A stretch of DNA of 64,000 nucleotides from Bacteroidota bacterium (GTDB lineage: Bacteria > Bacteroidota > Bacteroidia > Chitinophagales > BACL12): NCBI GenBank assembly GCA_016718035.1, contig JADKEK010000001.1, positions 541,276 to 605,275 on the forward strand, in the 5' to 3' direction. Below the pieces are notes generated by a model that saw only the letters and a program-made list of their open reading frames with translations, was not told the origin of the DNA and ran no database searches. Below, one piece after another: positions 26,822-37,244 of the stretch (position 1 is its first letter; each line of letters opens with the position of its first letter). A program made the position numbers and the translations under genes.

Positions 26822-27574
26822 ATGAAAAATGCTTTACTTAAAACAATGTTAGTGGTGTTCATCCAAATGCAGCATGTATTGGCTTTTCCTCCCGCTAATC
26901 CGAACGTGGATCCTTATTATGGTAATTCTACTTTCGAAATTAAATCGCAAGGCGCCAATTATATTACCGTTGCAATTGATGGCGATTTTTTTAATGAACC
27001 GGTGAAAAAATTTGCTGTAAATAATATGGCTCCCGGTAATCATTATGTGGAAGTGTTTACGGATAAAGTACACCACAGTGGTTATTATGCAACCACACAA
27101 AGGGTGAAATTATATGCCGGTTATGTTTACATTAAACCTGCGAGTTTAGTGCATGGCGTTATCGATAATTTCGGTAGGTTTTATATAAAATCGGTGCAGG
27201 CTTTACAAATGTATGAACCTGTTTATTATCAGCCTGTCTATCCTGATTATCCACCTTATCAGCAACAACAGCAACCTGTATGTAATGCACAGCAACAAAT
27301 GAATACAACTTCGTTTAATGCCTTATTACAAACTATCCATAATCAATGGTTTGATGATACTAAACTCAATGTCGCCAGACAAGCGGTGCAATCCGGTTGG
27401 TTTACTTCTGAACAAATTGCTACTATGATGCGCGAATTTAGTTTTGAAGATAGTAAACTGGAATTAGCCAAAACTGCTTATAGCCACGTAGTAGATAAAC
27501 AAAATTATTTTGTGGTTTACGATGAGTTTTGGTTTAGCAGCAGCGTTGATGAATTAATTCGGTTTATCCATTAA
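26822..27574 (+). CDS. DUF4476-like secreted protein
   Basis: Signal peptide plus C-terminal block FDDTKLNVARQAVQSGWFTSEQIATMMREFSFEDSKLELAK, typical of DUF4476 as I recall it. Confidence 0.6.
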   Translation: MKNALLKTMLVVFIQMQHVLAFPPANPNVDPYYGNSTFEIKSQGANYITVAIDGDFFNEPVKKFAVNNMAPGNHYVEVFTDKVHHSGYYATTQRVKLYAGYVYIKPASLVHGVIDNFGRFYIKSVQALQMYEPVYYQPVYPDYPPYQQQQQPVCNAQQQMNTTSFNALLQTIHNQWFDDTKLNVARQAVQSGWFTSEQIATMMREFSFEDSKLELAKTAYSHVVDKQNYFVVYDEFWFSSSVDELIRFIH

Positions 27575-27602
27575 AAAATATTAATTCCAAGTATGATCAA
27601 GA

Positions 27603-27630
27603 GTCCACTCGAAAGGGTGGGCTTTTTTTT
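27603..27630 (+). terminator. Rho-independent terminator
   Basis: Stem gtccac pairs with gtgggc (one G-U pair) around an 8-nt loop. A T8 run follows. Confidence 0.65.
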
Positions 27631-27657
27631 GTTCCTGCGAATTATTACTTTTAAGGG

Positions 27658-29910
27658 ATGAAAAATCTGTTTATCTTAAGTATACTTTTCGCCGGTTTGC
27701 AATTATCTGCAACAGAATATTATGTTTCACCTTCAGGTAATAACGCTAGTGCCGGGACTTCCACAGCCACAGCCTGGAAAACCATTCAGTTTGCGCTCAA
27801 TATGGCCAACGATGGCGATGTGATTAACCTGATGGCCGGAACCTATACCGGAAAAGTGACCTGGAACGATGGTGGCAGTGCCGGCAATTACATTACGCTG
27901 CAAAACTATAATGATGATATCGTGATTTTAGATGGCAGCACTGTCGGGAATAGTCAGGCAATGATGTACATCGAAAATAAAGATTATATCAAAATAGACG
28001 GATTAAAATTTACGAACCACAATGGAAATTATCAGCCAATAATTAATTTATACGGCAATAATAATCATATCGAAATTTCGAACAACGAATTTTATAATTC
28101 AGATTGTAATGAAAGTTATGCCATTTTATGTGAGGGAAGGGGAGATGATATCAAAATCACCAATAATTACATGCACGATTTAATTGGTGATAATGCAGTG
28201 GGTGTTTTATTTGTTGGTTCCAATACTAGTATTCCTTTTACTAATGTGTTCATCAGCGAAAACACCCTCACCAATTTAGACCCTGCTCCAAGTGAGGCTA
28301 TTGCTGTGAATGGTAATGTGGATGGAGTTGAAATCAGCAATAATATGTTGAATGATATCAATAATATTGGTATTGTTATGATTGGTGGTGAAGATTGGGT
28401 AAACACCAACGATGCGGTAAATTTTGCGCGTAATGGCGTTTGTAAAAATAATAGTGTAACAGGTGCCAATTCTATTTACGGTGGCGGATTTGCGGCCGGC
28501 GTCTATGTTGATGGTGGTAAAGATATAATCGTACAAAATAATACCATCACCGGTAGCGATGTTGGTCTTGAAATTGGTTGTGAAAATGCAGGATTTATTG
28601 CAGAAAATATTACCGTTAGAAATAATATCATCTACAAAAATGAAAAAGCAGGTTTAGGTTTTGGAGGATATGATTTCCCTGCGACAGGTCAAGTGCAAAA
28701 TTGTATATTCACCGGAAATACGGTTTATGATAATGATATTTTAAATACCGGCTTCGGTCAATTATGGATTCAATATGCATTAAATTGTGTGGTAGAAAAT
28801 AATATTTTTTATACATCAACCAATGCCTGGATGGTGAATGCCGAGACAATTAATTCGAGCTACAATAATGTGTTAAATTATAACGATTATTATTATCCCG
28901 CAGGAATAAATAACGCGAAATTCTTTTTCGACTTCGATTATATTATTGGTTATACCAATTTTCAGACAGCAACAGGAGAAGATATAAATTCCATTACGTC
29001 TAATCCTTTGTTTGTAAACGAACTGGCTGCCATTCCCGATTTACATTTATCAGCAAGTTCACCATGTAAAGATGCCGGCAATCCCACTTATGACGATTTA
29101 GGTGTTGATGCTGATGATGTGGACATGGATGGAACAAATCGCGTAAATGGCACTGCCATCGACATGGGGGCAGACGAGCGTGTGATATTGCCATTGAGTT
29201 GGTCGGTAAGCAGCACGAATGTTACTTGTTACGGCTCTTGCAACGGAATATTGAGTTTTAATGGGGTAGAAGGTTGTGGCACTTATACATTGGAGTATAA
29301 AAACCCGGGAGGAGGTCCATGGATCCCGTATACCGCACCCGTAACCGGATTATGTGCAGGAACATATAAAATTCGTATCACCGATAATTGTGGTTCGGTT
29401 GTAATGGGCAATGTTGCGCTCACACAAGACCCTGTCTTAAATGTATCGGTTACCAGCATTGTGAATGAAACTGCTGCAGGAGCTGCCAATGGAAAAATCA
29501 CGGTGAATTCAACAGGAGGATTTGGTGTAAAACAATACTCTAAAAATGGAGGATTTACCTGGCAAACAAGTAAAAAATTTAATGGGCTTACAGCAGGGAC
29601 TTACACTATTTTAGTTAAAGATGCACATGATTGTTTAGATGAAGTGTCTGCAACTGTCGGAATAGGTTTAAAAGAGGGTTATTCCGAAAATTTTAATCTG
29701 TATCCAAATCCGGCAACTAATGCTGTGACGATCAATATGAATGGGTTAACAGAACCCGGCATGTTGTATTGTTATAATATATTAGGAGAATGTATGTTTA
29801 TTACCATTTTGACACAGGAGGAATCTACGATAGATGTTTCCTATTTGCCTGCAGGCTTGTATTATTTGTGTTTTAATGAGAAAGAGGCCATGCAGTTCGT
29901 TAAAAACTGA
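27658..29910 (+). CDS. Right-handed parallel beta-helix repeat protein with SprB-like repeats and T9SS C-terminal sorting domain
   Basis: 750 aa with a signal peptide and periodic N/G-rich beta-helix repeats (..ISNN.., ..NNTITGS..). It has a CYGSCNG-type repeat and a C-terminal LYPNPATNAVTINM... CTD. Confidence 0.75.
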   Translation: MKNLFILSILFAGLQLSATEYYVSPSGNNASAGTSTATAWKTIQFALNMANDGDVINLMAGTYTGKVTWNDGGSAGNYITLQNYNDDIVILDGSTVGNSQAMMYIENKDYIKIDGLKFTNHNGNYQPIINLYGNNNHIEISNNEFYNSDCNESYAILCEGRGDDIKITNNYMHDLIGDNAVGVLFVGSNTSIPFTNVFISENTLTNLDPAPSEAIAVNGNVDGVEISNNMLNDINNIGIVMIGGEDWVNTNDAVNFARNGVCKNNSVTGANSIYGGGFAAGVYVDGGKDIIVQNNTITGSDVGLEIGCENAGFIAENITVRNNIIYKNEKAGLGFGGYDFPATGQVQNCIFTGNTVYDNDILNTGFGQLWIQYALNCVVENNIFYTSTNAWMVNAETINSSYNNVLNYNDYYYPAGINNAKFFFDFDYIIGYTNFQTATGEDINSITSNPLFVNELAAIPDLHLSASSPCKDAGNPTYDDLGVDADDVDMDGTNRVNGTAIDMGADERVILPLSWSVSSTNVTCYGSCNGILSFNGVEGCGTYTLEYKNPGGGPWIPYTAPVTGLCAGTYKIRITDNCGSVVMGNVALTQDPVLNVSVTSIVNETAAGAANGKITVNSTGGFGVKQYSKNGGFTWQTSKKFNGLTAGTYTILVKDAHDCLDEVSATVGIGLKEGYSENFNLYPNPATNAVTINMNGLTEPGMLYCYNILGECMFITILTQEESTIDVSYLPAGLYYLCFNEKEAMQFVKN

Positions 29911-29954
29911 TGTGTGTTGGTTGAGGTGGGTTTTATTCATAATAATTCCTATTT

Positions 29955-30482
29955 TTGGCCGTTATCCATAAAATTGAGTTTGTGAACATACGATTATTAT
30001 TTACTGCCGCGATAGTATTGACTTCAACCTTTGTGTATTGTGAAAACACTATATCCGGGGGAACTGAGCCTACAGGATTACAACAAGTAGAGCAGGTGAG
30101 TCCTTCTGCGGAAGTGTTTTATGCAGAAACGCAGTTGTTACCTGAGGCAGGAAATACTATTGTTTTACCGGATACAAAAGAGGAAAAAGATTCTACGGAA
30201 ATCCCACCAAAATTAGAACCGATGGTATTGGGTGGGGCTGGAGCTGTTTTGTTGGGAACGGGTGCTGCGGTGGCTGGTGTGTTTACAGCGCCGGTTTTGT
30301 TGTTGGCGGCTTTGGTATTATTTGGAGCCGGTGCATTTTTGACTGCCAAGGGATGGAAAAAAATAAAAGAAAATCCGAAATTATTTAAAGGAGAAAAATT
30401 AGCCGTTGCCAATTATTTAGTGATTGGTGTAGTAGGGGTTGTTGCTTCGTTTTATATTTTATACTTCTTGTTTACGATTTAA
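29955..30482 (+). CDS. Hypothetical membrane protein
   Basis: 175-aa ORF with an N-terminal hydrophobic segment ending in Cys. It has a Gly/Ala-rich transmembrane segment and a C-terminal transmembrane segment. I recognise no family. Confidence 0.5.
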   Translation: MAVIHKIEFVNIRLLFTAAIVLTSTFVYCENTISGGTEPTGLQQVEQVSPSAEVFYAETQLLPEAGNTIVLPDTKEEKDSTEIPPKLEPMVLGGAGAVLLGTGAAVAGVFTAPVLLLAALVLFGAGAFLTAKGWKKIKENPKLFKGEKLAVANYLVIGVVGVVASFYILYFLFTI

Positions 30483-30544
30483 TGAAGACCATATTTTTAA
30501 AGATGGCTTTAATTGGCATTAGATGATTATAGCCTGAATTTTAA

Positions 30545-30660
30545 GAACAGCCGGAACGCAAATGAGAAACTAAAGGAACAACATTTAAATAATAAACCAA
30601 TTTGTTTTGTGTCCTTTGTGTGGGTTCATTTGTGCACTTTGTGGTTTCGGCTGTTTAATC
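30545..30660. repeat. AACAGCC-ended inverted-arm element (same family as 15.7-16.0 kb)
   Basis: The left end reads gaacagccggaacgcaaatgag. The right end reads ctttgtggtttcggctgtttaatc. The 20-mer gtggtttcggctgtttaatc also occurs at 16021-16040. Confidence 0.65.
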
Positions 30661-30673
30661 GCCTCAATTAAAA

Positions 30674-31669
30674 TTACCGTTGAATACGCTCACGAGTTGC
30701 ATCAATAAACTTTCGTAAATTTTTAAAATATTTTGCGCGGTTTTTTTCGGAGATACCGCTAATTAAATTTGATTTACTCAAAATACTTTTTAACCAAGCC
30801 TCTGTTTGTCGCGCATACAAATCACTATTCGTCGCTAAAATACTAAACGTCATGTGACTGATATACGTAGTGATTTTATTATCACCAACAGTAAGCACGG
30901 TATTATTTCCCAGCAACACATCCGATTGATACAAATTAAATTCAGCATATTGCTGTTTTGTTTTATCACCCGGTCTCAGCTTACAACTCAACGCTGCCAT
31001 ATTTTCCGCATGGTCGATTAAATCATTTAAGGAAGCCAGAATTTCCAACGCATCATCCTTCTTTTTAAAATAATCGGCATCCCAATAATATTCAATTTGT
31101 TTGAGCGTAGTCATCATGATATCTTCCGGCCAAATTTCATCACTCGGAATCACCATATACGTCTCATGAATTTTTTTCGCCAACACTAAAAACTCCTTAT
31201 CAATATCTTCCATATAATAATGGTCGCGAAATCCTTCAACGCCATCAATCACATGCATCCAAAAATGCATTTTAAATGCCGCCAGTTTTTCAAACGCAAA
31301 ATGCTGAAATAAAGGTGCATCAATTGCAGCATAAATTATTCTTCTATCCTCATGATTTAATAATGCATCTGAAACATTATACACCATTTGTAAATGTTTA
31401 TAAAATGTTTCCTTTTTCCCATCCGGAGGTAAATATTTAAAATTGACTAAACCCGGAATTTCATCAGTAAAATACGCTATCGGAATTTTATAATGATTAC
31501 ACAATTTGATAGCCTCGTCAACACTCATTGCTGTTTCACCTCTAATGCGTCGGTAAGCGCTGTCGGGGCTAACCTCCAAAATTTCAGTAAGCTGGTCGGC
31601 GAGCGAGATATGGGCAGGAAGCATCAACTTTAATCGCTGAATAAAATCTAATTGGTAGGGATTCTCCAT
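30674..31669 (-). CDS. Helix-turn-helix domain protein (putative transcriptional regulator)
   Basis: I set the start at ATG 31669 (MENPYQLDFIQRL...). HTH-like segment LADQLTEILEVSPDSAYRRIRGETAMSVDEAIKLC. Confidence 0.55.
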   Translation of the reverse strand: MENPYQLDFIQRLKLMLPAHISLADQLTEILEVSPDSAYRRIRGETAMSVDEAIKLCNHYKIPIAYFTDEIPGLVNFKYLPPDGKKETFYKHLQMVYNVSDALLNHEDRRIIYAAIDAPLFQHFAFEKLAAFKMHFWMHVIDGVEGFRDHYYMEDIDKEFLVLAKKIHETYMVIPSDEIWPEDIMMTTLKQIEYYWDADYFKKKDDALEILASLNDLIDHAENMAALSCKLRPGDKTKQQYAEFNLYQSDVLLGNNTVLTVGDNKITTYISHMTFSILATNSDLYARQTEAWLKSILSKSNLISGISEKNRAKYFKNLRKFIDATRERIQR

Positions 31670-31888
31670 TTTGGGCTGTTTATAGACTGCAATTTGCGAA
31701 AAATACTTGAAATCTTCAATTTTAACCCTAAAAGTTGCAAAAATTGCAACTGTAAAAGTCGAAAATCGGCAACTCAATGGTAAATTAATTATCTCCAATA
31801 ACAATTACCCTGTTTTTTACTAATTGCTGCCTGTTGATGGAGCTACGTTTGCACCATCAAATAAATAATTTCACTAAAACAAAAACAA

Positions 31889-32425
31889 ATGCGCAACGTA
31901 ATTATTTGCTTACTTATCCTCATCTCAGCAAACACAATTCACGCACAAAGTCCGTTAGAAGACGAAATTGCAGAACCTATTAACCTGACAGGACCAAGAA
32001 TCGGTTTTACTTATTTAGGTAATGTGTATACCAATGCAATAAACAACGACCCGACATTCGACAGGATGTATGGAAAAGAAACAACCTTATATCCATTTGT
32101 CACACAATTCGGATGGCAATTTGAAACACGTTTTTTTACCTTGCCTAATGGCTCATGTGGTATTATAGAATTTGTTCCATTATTAGGAGGTTTAGATCAA
32201 AATGTTGTTATACCAAGTTTAACGGTAATGATTGGAGCAAGGTTGAGTAATGGAATTGAATTTGGAATGGGACCTAATGTAAATCTTACCGGTTCATCCG
32301 TATCGTTAGTAGCAGGTTATACCTTCGAAAGAATGGGGATTAATTTTCCGGTCAACTTAGCAGTAACACCAACACCGGAAGGAATTAGAGGCTCGTTATT
32401 ATTAGGGTTTAATAAACATGATTAA
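31889..32425 (+). CDS. Hypothetical secreted/outer-membrane protein
   Basis: 178 aa with a signal peptide (MRNVIICLLILISANTIHAQ) and a Gly-rich beta-strand-like pattern. Confidence 0.5.
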   Translation: MRNVIICLLILISANTIHAQSPLEDEIAEPINLTGPRIGFTYLGNVYTNAINNDPTFDRMYGKETTLYPFVTQFGWQFETRFFTLPNGSCGIIEFVPLLGGLDQNVVIPSLTVMIGARLSNGIEFGMGPNVNLTGSSVSLVAGYTFERMGINFPVNLAVTPTPEGIRGSLLLGFNKHD

Positions 32426-32619
32426 GTCCCTAAAAATGTAAGGGCGCCGCACCCCTGGGGCGCAGCGCCTTTTCTTACTTGAACGTCTCTGCGACAAGAC
32501 AAAGCAAAAACGCAAGTGCCATATACTTTAGTATAGTATGTGGCATTTTTGTGTATAAATTATTTGAACAAAATACATTTTCCTCAAACACGTGTTGTAT
32601 TTTTACCATGCATTATTGG

Positions 32620-32800
32620 TTGAAAAGCTTGTTAATTCAAGCTTTTCCTAAGAGGGAATCCGGTGAAAATCCGGGGCAGTCCCCACTGCTGTAATTCCGC
32701 AACCTGTTGGTAAACTTTTGATATCTCTTTGCCACTGTCCGCCTCGGCGGATGGGAAGGTAAATCAAAAGGTGGAAGAGCCAGAAGACCTGCCGGTACTG
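32620..32800 (+). promoter_or_regulatory. Cobalamin (B12) riboswitch
   Basis: Conserved blocks occur in order: AGGGAATCCGGTGAAAATCCGG, B12 box GCCACTG (32731-32737), GGGAAGG, AGCCAGAAGACCTGCC. It lies upstream of a btuFCD-like locus. Confidence 0.85.
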
Positions 32801-32902
32801 CACAATCAAAAACTTTTGGGGCAAAAGTTTGATGTAATCGGTATCCGTACTGTTTCCATTTATTTGCATGCCTCCTTATTTATTAACCATTAAAATCATT
32901 TA

Positions 32903-34189
32903 ATGATGAGGAAGATTTTTTTTACTTTTTGCGCAGTCGCTGTTACTGCTTCTGTATTTGCACAAGCGTATGTTGAACGTGTGCTTATTCTCAACGAAGG
33001 TTACTTCGATTATGTTACTAACGAAATTATTACGCCTGTAAGCGTTGGTGCTTACAATCCAACTACCGATACCTATGCGGTAATTGATGAAATTGAAAAT
33101 GCACGTTTTGCATCAGATATTAAAGCTGATGGTGCGTTTTATTATGTTGCTGCAGATAAATATTTAAACAAATATGCTACAGCAACTGATGAATTAATTG
33201 CTTCTATAGAAATTGAAGGTATTCGTAAAATTGCAGTGAACAACGATTATATTGTTGTAACACGCGGTGAATATCTCGTTACCTTACCTTCATATATTCA
33301 GATATATGATAAAAACACCATGGCATTAATTCATGAATTTGACAATGCTACATTACCTTACACGACTGAAGGTGTGGTGATACAAGATAATAAAGCGTAC
33401 GTAGCTGTAAACAACGGATTCGTGTTTGGCAGTGAAGTAGGTAAAATTGCTGTGATAGATTTACCAACTTTAACTATTGAAAACACGATTGAATTAGGTG
33501 CTGATGGTATTAATCCGGATAACCTGATGATTGATGGTGATGTTATTTATACCTTAAATAATAAAGATTTTACCGGAAGTTCAGTTTCCACTTATAAAAT
33601 TGCATCTGCAGATTTAACTACTACCAACCTGATTAATATTTCAGCAGGATGTGGCACTTCAGCCGTTATGGATGGCACTATTTATTACCAGGAAATGTTC
33701 GGCACTACACTCAGCAAATTTGACCCTACAACTGCTACTATTATTGGTGAAGATGAATTTGGTGCAAGCTTTTATGGTTTAGCATTTGATGAAATTAATA
33801 ACCTGATTTACACCGGAACTACCGATTACTTTAGTTTTGGTGAAGTAACGGTTTATGATTTAGCAGGCAATATTGTTACCAATTTTGAGACAAGTGTTTC
33901 TCCAGGCAATTTTGCTTTTGATGTGCGTTTGGCAACAGGAGTTGAAGATGTTAATATGGTATCTATGGAATTATATCCTAACCCTGCTAACTCGCAAATT
34001 GTTGTTGTAAACAGCATAGCTGCTGAACGTTTTGAAGTTGCGGATATGACAGGTAAAATTTTATTTACCATTCAGCAACCGACAACCGGAGCACAACAAA
34101 TTGATATTTCAACGCTGCCTGCTGGAAATTATATTGTTAAAGCAATTGGACAATCGCAACACCAAGCTGCGTATTTTTCTAAATTGTAA
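32903..34189 (+). CDS. Beta-propeller-like cell-surface protein (DUF5074/YncE-like by recollection) with T9SS C-terminal sorting domain
   Basis: Signal peptide, an N-terminal LNEGYFDY motif, and a C-terminal ELYPNPANSQIVV...GNYIVKA CTD. It is the first gene after the B12 riboswitch. Confidence 0.6.
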   Translation: MMRKIFFTFCAVAVTASVFAQAYVERVLILNEGYFDYVTNEIITPVSVGAYNPTTDTYAVIDEIENARFASDIKADGAFYYVAADKYLNKYATATDELIASIEIEGIRKIAVNNDYIVVTRGEYLVTLPSYIQIYDKNTMALIHEFDNATLPYTTEGVVIQDNKAYVAVNNGFVFGSEVGKIAVIDLPTLTIENTIELGADGINPDNLMIDGDVIYTLNNKDFTGSSVSTYKIASADLTTTNLINISAGCGTSAVMDGTIYYQEMFGTTLSKFDPTTATIIGEDEFGASFYGLAFDEINNLIYTGTTDYFSFGEVTVYDLAGNIVTNFETSVSPGNFAFDVRLATGVEDVNMVSMELYPNPANSQIVVVNSIAAERFEVADMTGKILFTIQQPTTGAQQIDISTLPAGNYIVKAIGQSQHQAAYFSKL

Positions 34190-34197
34190 AATATACT

Positions 34198-34240
34198 AAA
34201 GCATGTTGTTAGCCAACAGTAACAACATGCTTTTATTTTT
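34198..34240 (+). terminator. Strong terminator-like hairpin between the propeller gene and the ABC importer genes
   Basis: A perfect 14-bp stem, aaagcatgttgtta pairing with taacaacatgcttt, followed by ttttattttt. It ends 3 nt before the ATG at 34243. Confidence 0.6.
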
Positions 34241-34242
34241 CC

Positions 34243-35376
34243 ATGCGCTTTTATTGTTACATACTCCTGTTTATGGTTGTGATTGTTTCCTGTAAACAAT
34301 CTGATACAACACCTGCCAATACTACTACTGGTAAAACAGTTCCTGTGTTATATGCCAAAGGATTTACCATTACACAATATGATGGATATAAAATTGTTGT
34401 GGTAAGAGACCCTTTGGATACCAATAAAATTATTCAGCAATATCGTTTAATTACCGATAAACAATTTGCAGGTAATAATTCAAATGAAATTAATATTCAA
34501 GTTCCCTTACATGATATCGCCAGTTTGTCTACCACACATTTAGGTTTTTTCGAAGCCTTGGGTGTAGCTGATAAATTGATTGCATTTAGTGGGACAAAAT
34601 ATATTTACAGCGACTTATTTACAACATTAGTGTCATCAGGAAAAATTCAAGAGGTAGGAGTAGAAGGTGGGATTGATTTAGAACTATTAGTCAGCCTGCA
34701 ACCGGATATCATCATGAGCTACCAAACCGGCGACGAGTCATACGACCATTTTGAAAAAATGAAAAGTATGCAACTGCAACCGGTAATTAATAACGAATAC
34801 CTCGAGTTAACTCCACTTGGTCAGGCAGAATGGATTAAATTTATTGCAGCCTTTTTTAATCTGGAAGAAAAAGCCACCACTATTTTCGATAGCATAGCAA
34901 CTAATTACAATAGTATAAAAAAACAAGCGGCCGGGGCAAATACTAAACCAACAGTGTTCACTGGCTTAGCATACAAAAATGAATGGACAATTCCCGGAGG
35001 TAAAAGTTTTGCTGCTAATTTTATTAAAGATGCAGGGGCAATATATTTATGGGAAACCGATGATAAAACAGGCAATTTCGCTTTATCATTTGAAGAAATA
35101 TTTACTACCGCTCAACACGCTAATTTTTGGCTGAATGTCAGCACAGCAACTTTGTTAAAAGAAATTTTATCCATCGATAAACGATATACTTATTTCGACC
35201 CATTCAAAAATAAAACGATTTATAACAACTATGCCAGAGTAAATCAAATGGGTGGAAACGATTATTGGGAAAGTGCAATTGTTTACCCTGATAAAGTGTT
35301 AAATGATTTAGTGCAAATATTCCATCCGGAATTAAAATCGGGCGATAATTATTTTTATTATATCCATTTACAATGA
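34243..35376 (+). CDS. ABC transporter substrate-binding lipoprotein (BtuF/FecB-like)
   Basis: Lipobox-type signal (...VVIVSC) and the size and pattern of a cluster A periplasmic binding protein. It lies upstream of a FecCD-type permease. Confidence 0.7.
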   Translation: MRFYCYILLFMVVIVSCKQSDTTPANTTTGKTVPVLYAKGFTITQYDGYKIVVVRDPLDTNKIIQQYRLITDKQFAGNNSNEINIQVPLHDIASLSTTHLGFFEALGVADKLIAFSGTKYIYSDLFTTLVSSGKIQEVGVEGGIDLELLVSLQPDIIMSYQTGDESYDHFEKMKSMQLQPVINNEYLELTPLGQAEWIKFIAAFFNLEEKATTIFDSIATNYNSIKKQAAGANTKPTVFTGLAYKNEWTIPGGKSFAANFIKDAGAIYLWETDDKTGNFALSFEEIFTTAQHANFWLNVSTATLLKEILSIDKRYTYFDPFKNKTIYNNYARVNQMGGNDYWESAIVYPDKVLNDLVQIFHPELKSGDNYFYYIHLQ

Positions 35377-36398
35377 ACAATCAGCGTCATAGTGTATGGT
35401 TTGTTTTGTTAAGCATATTAGTGCTTGTATTATTTTTTGCAGATATTTTAATCGGTTCGGTCTCTATTTCGTTGAATGAAATAATACAGGTGTTTACGGG
35501 ACAATTACCAACGGATACTCCTCAATCTATTATCATATTACAATCGCGACTGCCAAAAGCATTAACAGCAATATTAGCCGGATGTGCTTTACCGGTTGCC
35601 GGTTTATTAATGCAAACATTTTTTAGAAACCCTGTTGCAGGGCCAGATATATTAGGTGTTTCTGCAGGTTCCAGTTTATTGGTGGCATTAGTTATGCTAA
35701 CTGTTGGCACCTGGTTTTCGATGGATGTATTTAGTAATGTGGGCATTATTCTGGCGGCAATTGTTGGTGCCATGCTGGTGTTGTTCATTATTCTCGGTGT
35801 TGCTGCCCGTGTGCGCGACAGTGTTACCTTGCTCATTTTCGGATTAATGTTTGGGATGGCAATAAGTGCCGTTGTTGGGGTTTTACAATATTATAGCAGT
35901 CAGGGCGCATTAAAATTATTTATCATGTGGACCTTCGGCAGTTTAAGTGGCGTTACCTGGTCACAATTATATATTTTGGCAGTAATAGTAATAATTGGTT
36001 TGTTATTGGCTGTCACCCAAATTAAAGCACTCAACTTATTATTACTCGGCGAACAATATGCAACATCGTTGGGATTAAATATCCGTAAATCTAAAATATT
36101 TATCATCCTCACTACCGGATTATTAACCGGGGCTATTACTGCATTTTGTGGTCCCATTGCCTTTATTGGTATTGCCGTTCCACATTTGGCGAGAATGATA
36201 TTTAAGGTGAATAGTCATGCTATTATTTTACCTGCATCTGTTTTATTAGGCATTTGCATTTTACTTATTTGCGATATTATTGCACAAACACCGGGTAATG
36301 ATGGTGTATTGCCTATTAATGCCATCACTGCATTTATGGGTGCGCCGTTTATCATTTATATTATTTGGAAAAATCAACATTTAAAACGCGTATTTTAA
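35373..36398 (+). CDS. FecCD/BtuC family ABC permease
   Basis: 341 aa, about 9-10 transmembrane segments, with FecCD-like blocks (QSRLPKALTAILAGCALPVAGLLMQ, GPIAFIGIAVPHLAR). Its start overlaps the upstream stop (ATGA). Confidence 0.85.
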   Translation: MNNQRHSVWFVLLSILVLVLFFADILIGSVSISLNEIIQVFTGQLPTDTPQSIIILQSRLPKALTAILAGCALPVAGLLMQTFFRNPVAGPDILGVSAGSSLLVALVMLTVGTWFSMDVFSNVGIILAAIVGAMLVLFIILGVAARVRDSVTLLIFGLMFGMAISAVVGVLQYYSSQGALKLFIMWTFGSLSGVTWSQLYILAVIVIIGLLLAVTQIKALNLLLLGEQYATSLGLNIRKSKIFIILTTGLLTGAITAFCGPIAFIGIAVPHLARMIFKVNSHAIILPASVLLGICILLICDIIAQTPGNDGVLPINAITAFMGAPFIIYIIWKNQHLKRVF

Positions 36399-37177
36399 TG
36401 GAAGCAAAAACGCTGTTGGCAATAAATGGTTTAAGTGTTGGTTATCCCGATAAGGTAATATTAAAGGATATGTTATTACATATTCCTGCCAAAAGTATCG
36501 TGGCGGTGCTCGGATTGAACGGAAAAGGAAAATCTACTTTTATTCGCACCTTAGCGGGACTACAGCCTGCTTTGCAAGGAAACATTTTGTTTAATGAGCG
36601 ACCACTTTCATCTTATACCGCAATTGAAAGAGCACAATTATTTAGTATTGTATTACCTGGAAGGGGAGATGTAGTGCAGGGATTATTGGTGCATGAATTA
36701 TTTCATACCACACGTGTCACATTCACCAACGGATTTGGAAAAATTACCGATGATGATATTCAATTAATTAATCGTATTTGCACTTCACTGCATATTGAAC
36801 ATTTATTACACAAACGTATTTATCAATTGAGTGATGGTGAAGCACAATTAGTATTTATTGCAAGGGCTTTGATACAAGATACACCAATCATTTTTATGGA
36901 CGAACCGACATCCTATCTGGATGTGGTAAATAAAGCGGAAATATTTAATTTAATTCAATCATTACCCCAACAAAATAAAACAGTAGTTTTTACTTCTCAC
37001 GAATTGGAATTGGCATTACAAATTGCAGATTATTGTTTACTCATCGGCAACGAAGGCAAACATGTCTTCGGCACCACAAAAACAATTATTGAACAAGGTT
37101 ACATCCCCGATTTCTTCAACAGCAAAAACGTCCAATTCGACCGAATCACCGGCCGCATTAGTTTGAAAAATGCATAG
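36398..37177 (+). CDS. ABC transporter ATP-binding protein (BtuD/FecE-like)
   Basis: Walker A GLNGKGKST, signature LSDGE, Walker B IIFMDEP. I chose the ATG at 36398, which overlaps the permease stop (TAATG). Confidence 0.85.
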   Translation: MEAKTLLAINGLSVGYPDKVILKDMLLHIPAKSIVAVLGLNGKGKSTFIRTLAGLQPALQGNILFNERPLSSYTAIERAQLFSIVLPGRGDVVQGLLVHELFHTTRVTFTNGFGKITDDDIQLINRICTSLHIEHLLHKRIYQLSDGEAQLVFIARALIQDTPIIFMDEPTSYLDVVNKAEIFNLIQSLPQQNKTVVFTSHELELALQIADYCLLIGNEGKHVFGTTKTIIEQGYIPDFFNSKNVQFDRITGRISLKNA

Positions 37178-37244
37178 GTTATTGAAGTTAAAATATCTTG
37201 GTGATTATAAATTTATTTAGTGGGTACCCTTTTAATTTATTTAA

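Noticed and set aside
32479-32869. ORFs 32479-32694 (+) and 32648-32869 (-)
   Set aside because: They overlap the cobalamin riboswitch and each other and have no recognisable protein features. They are most likely non-coding.
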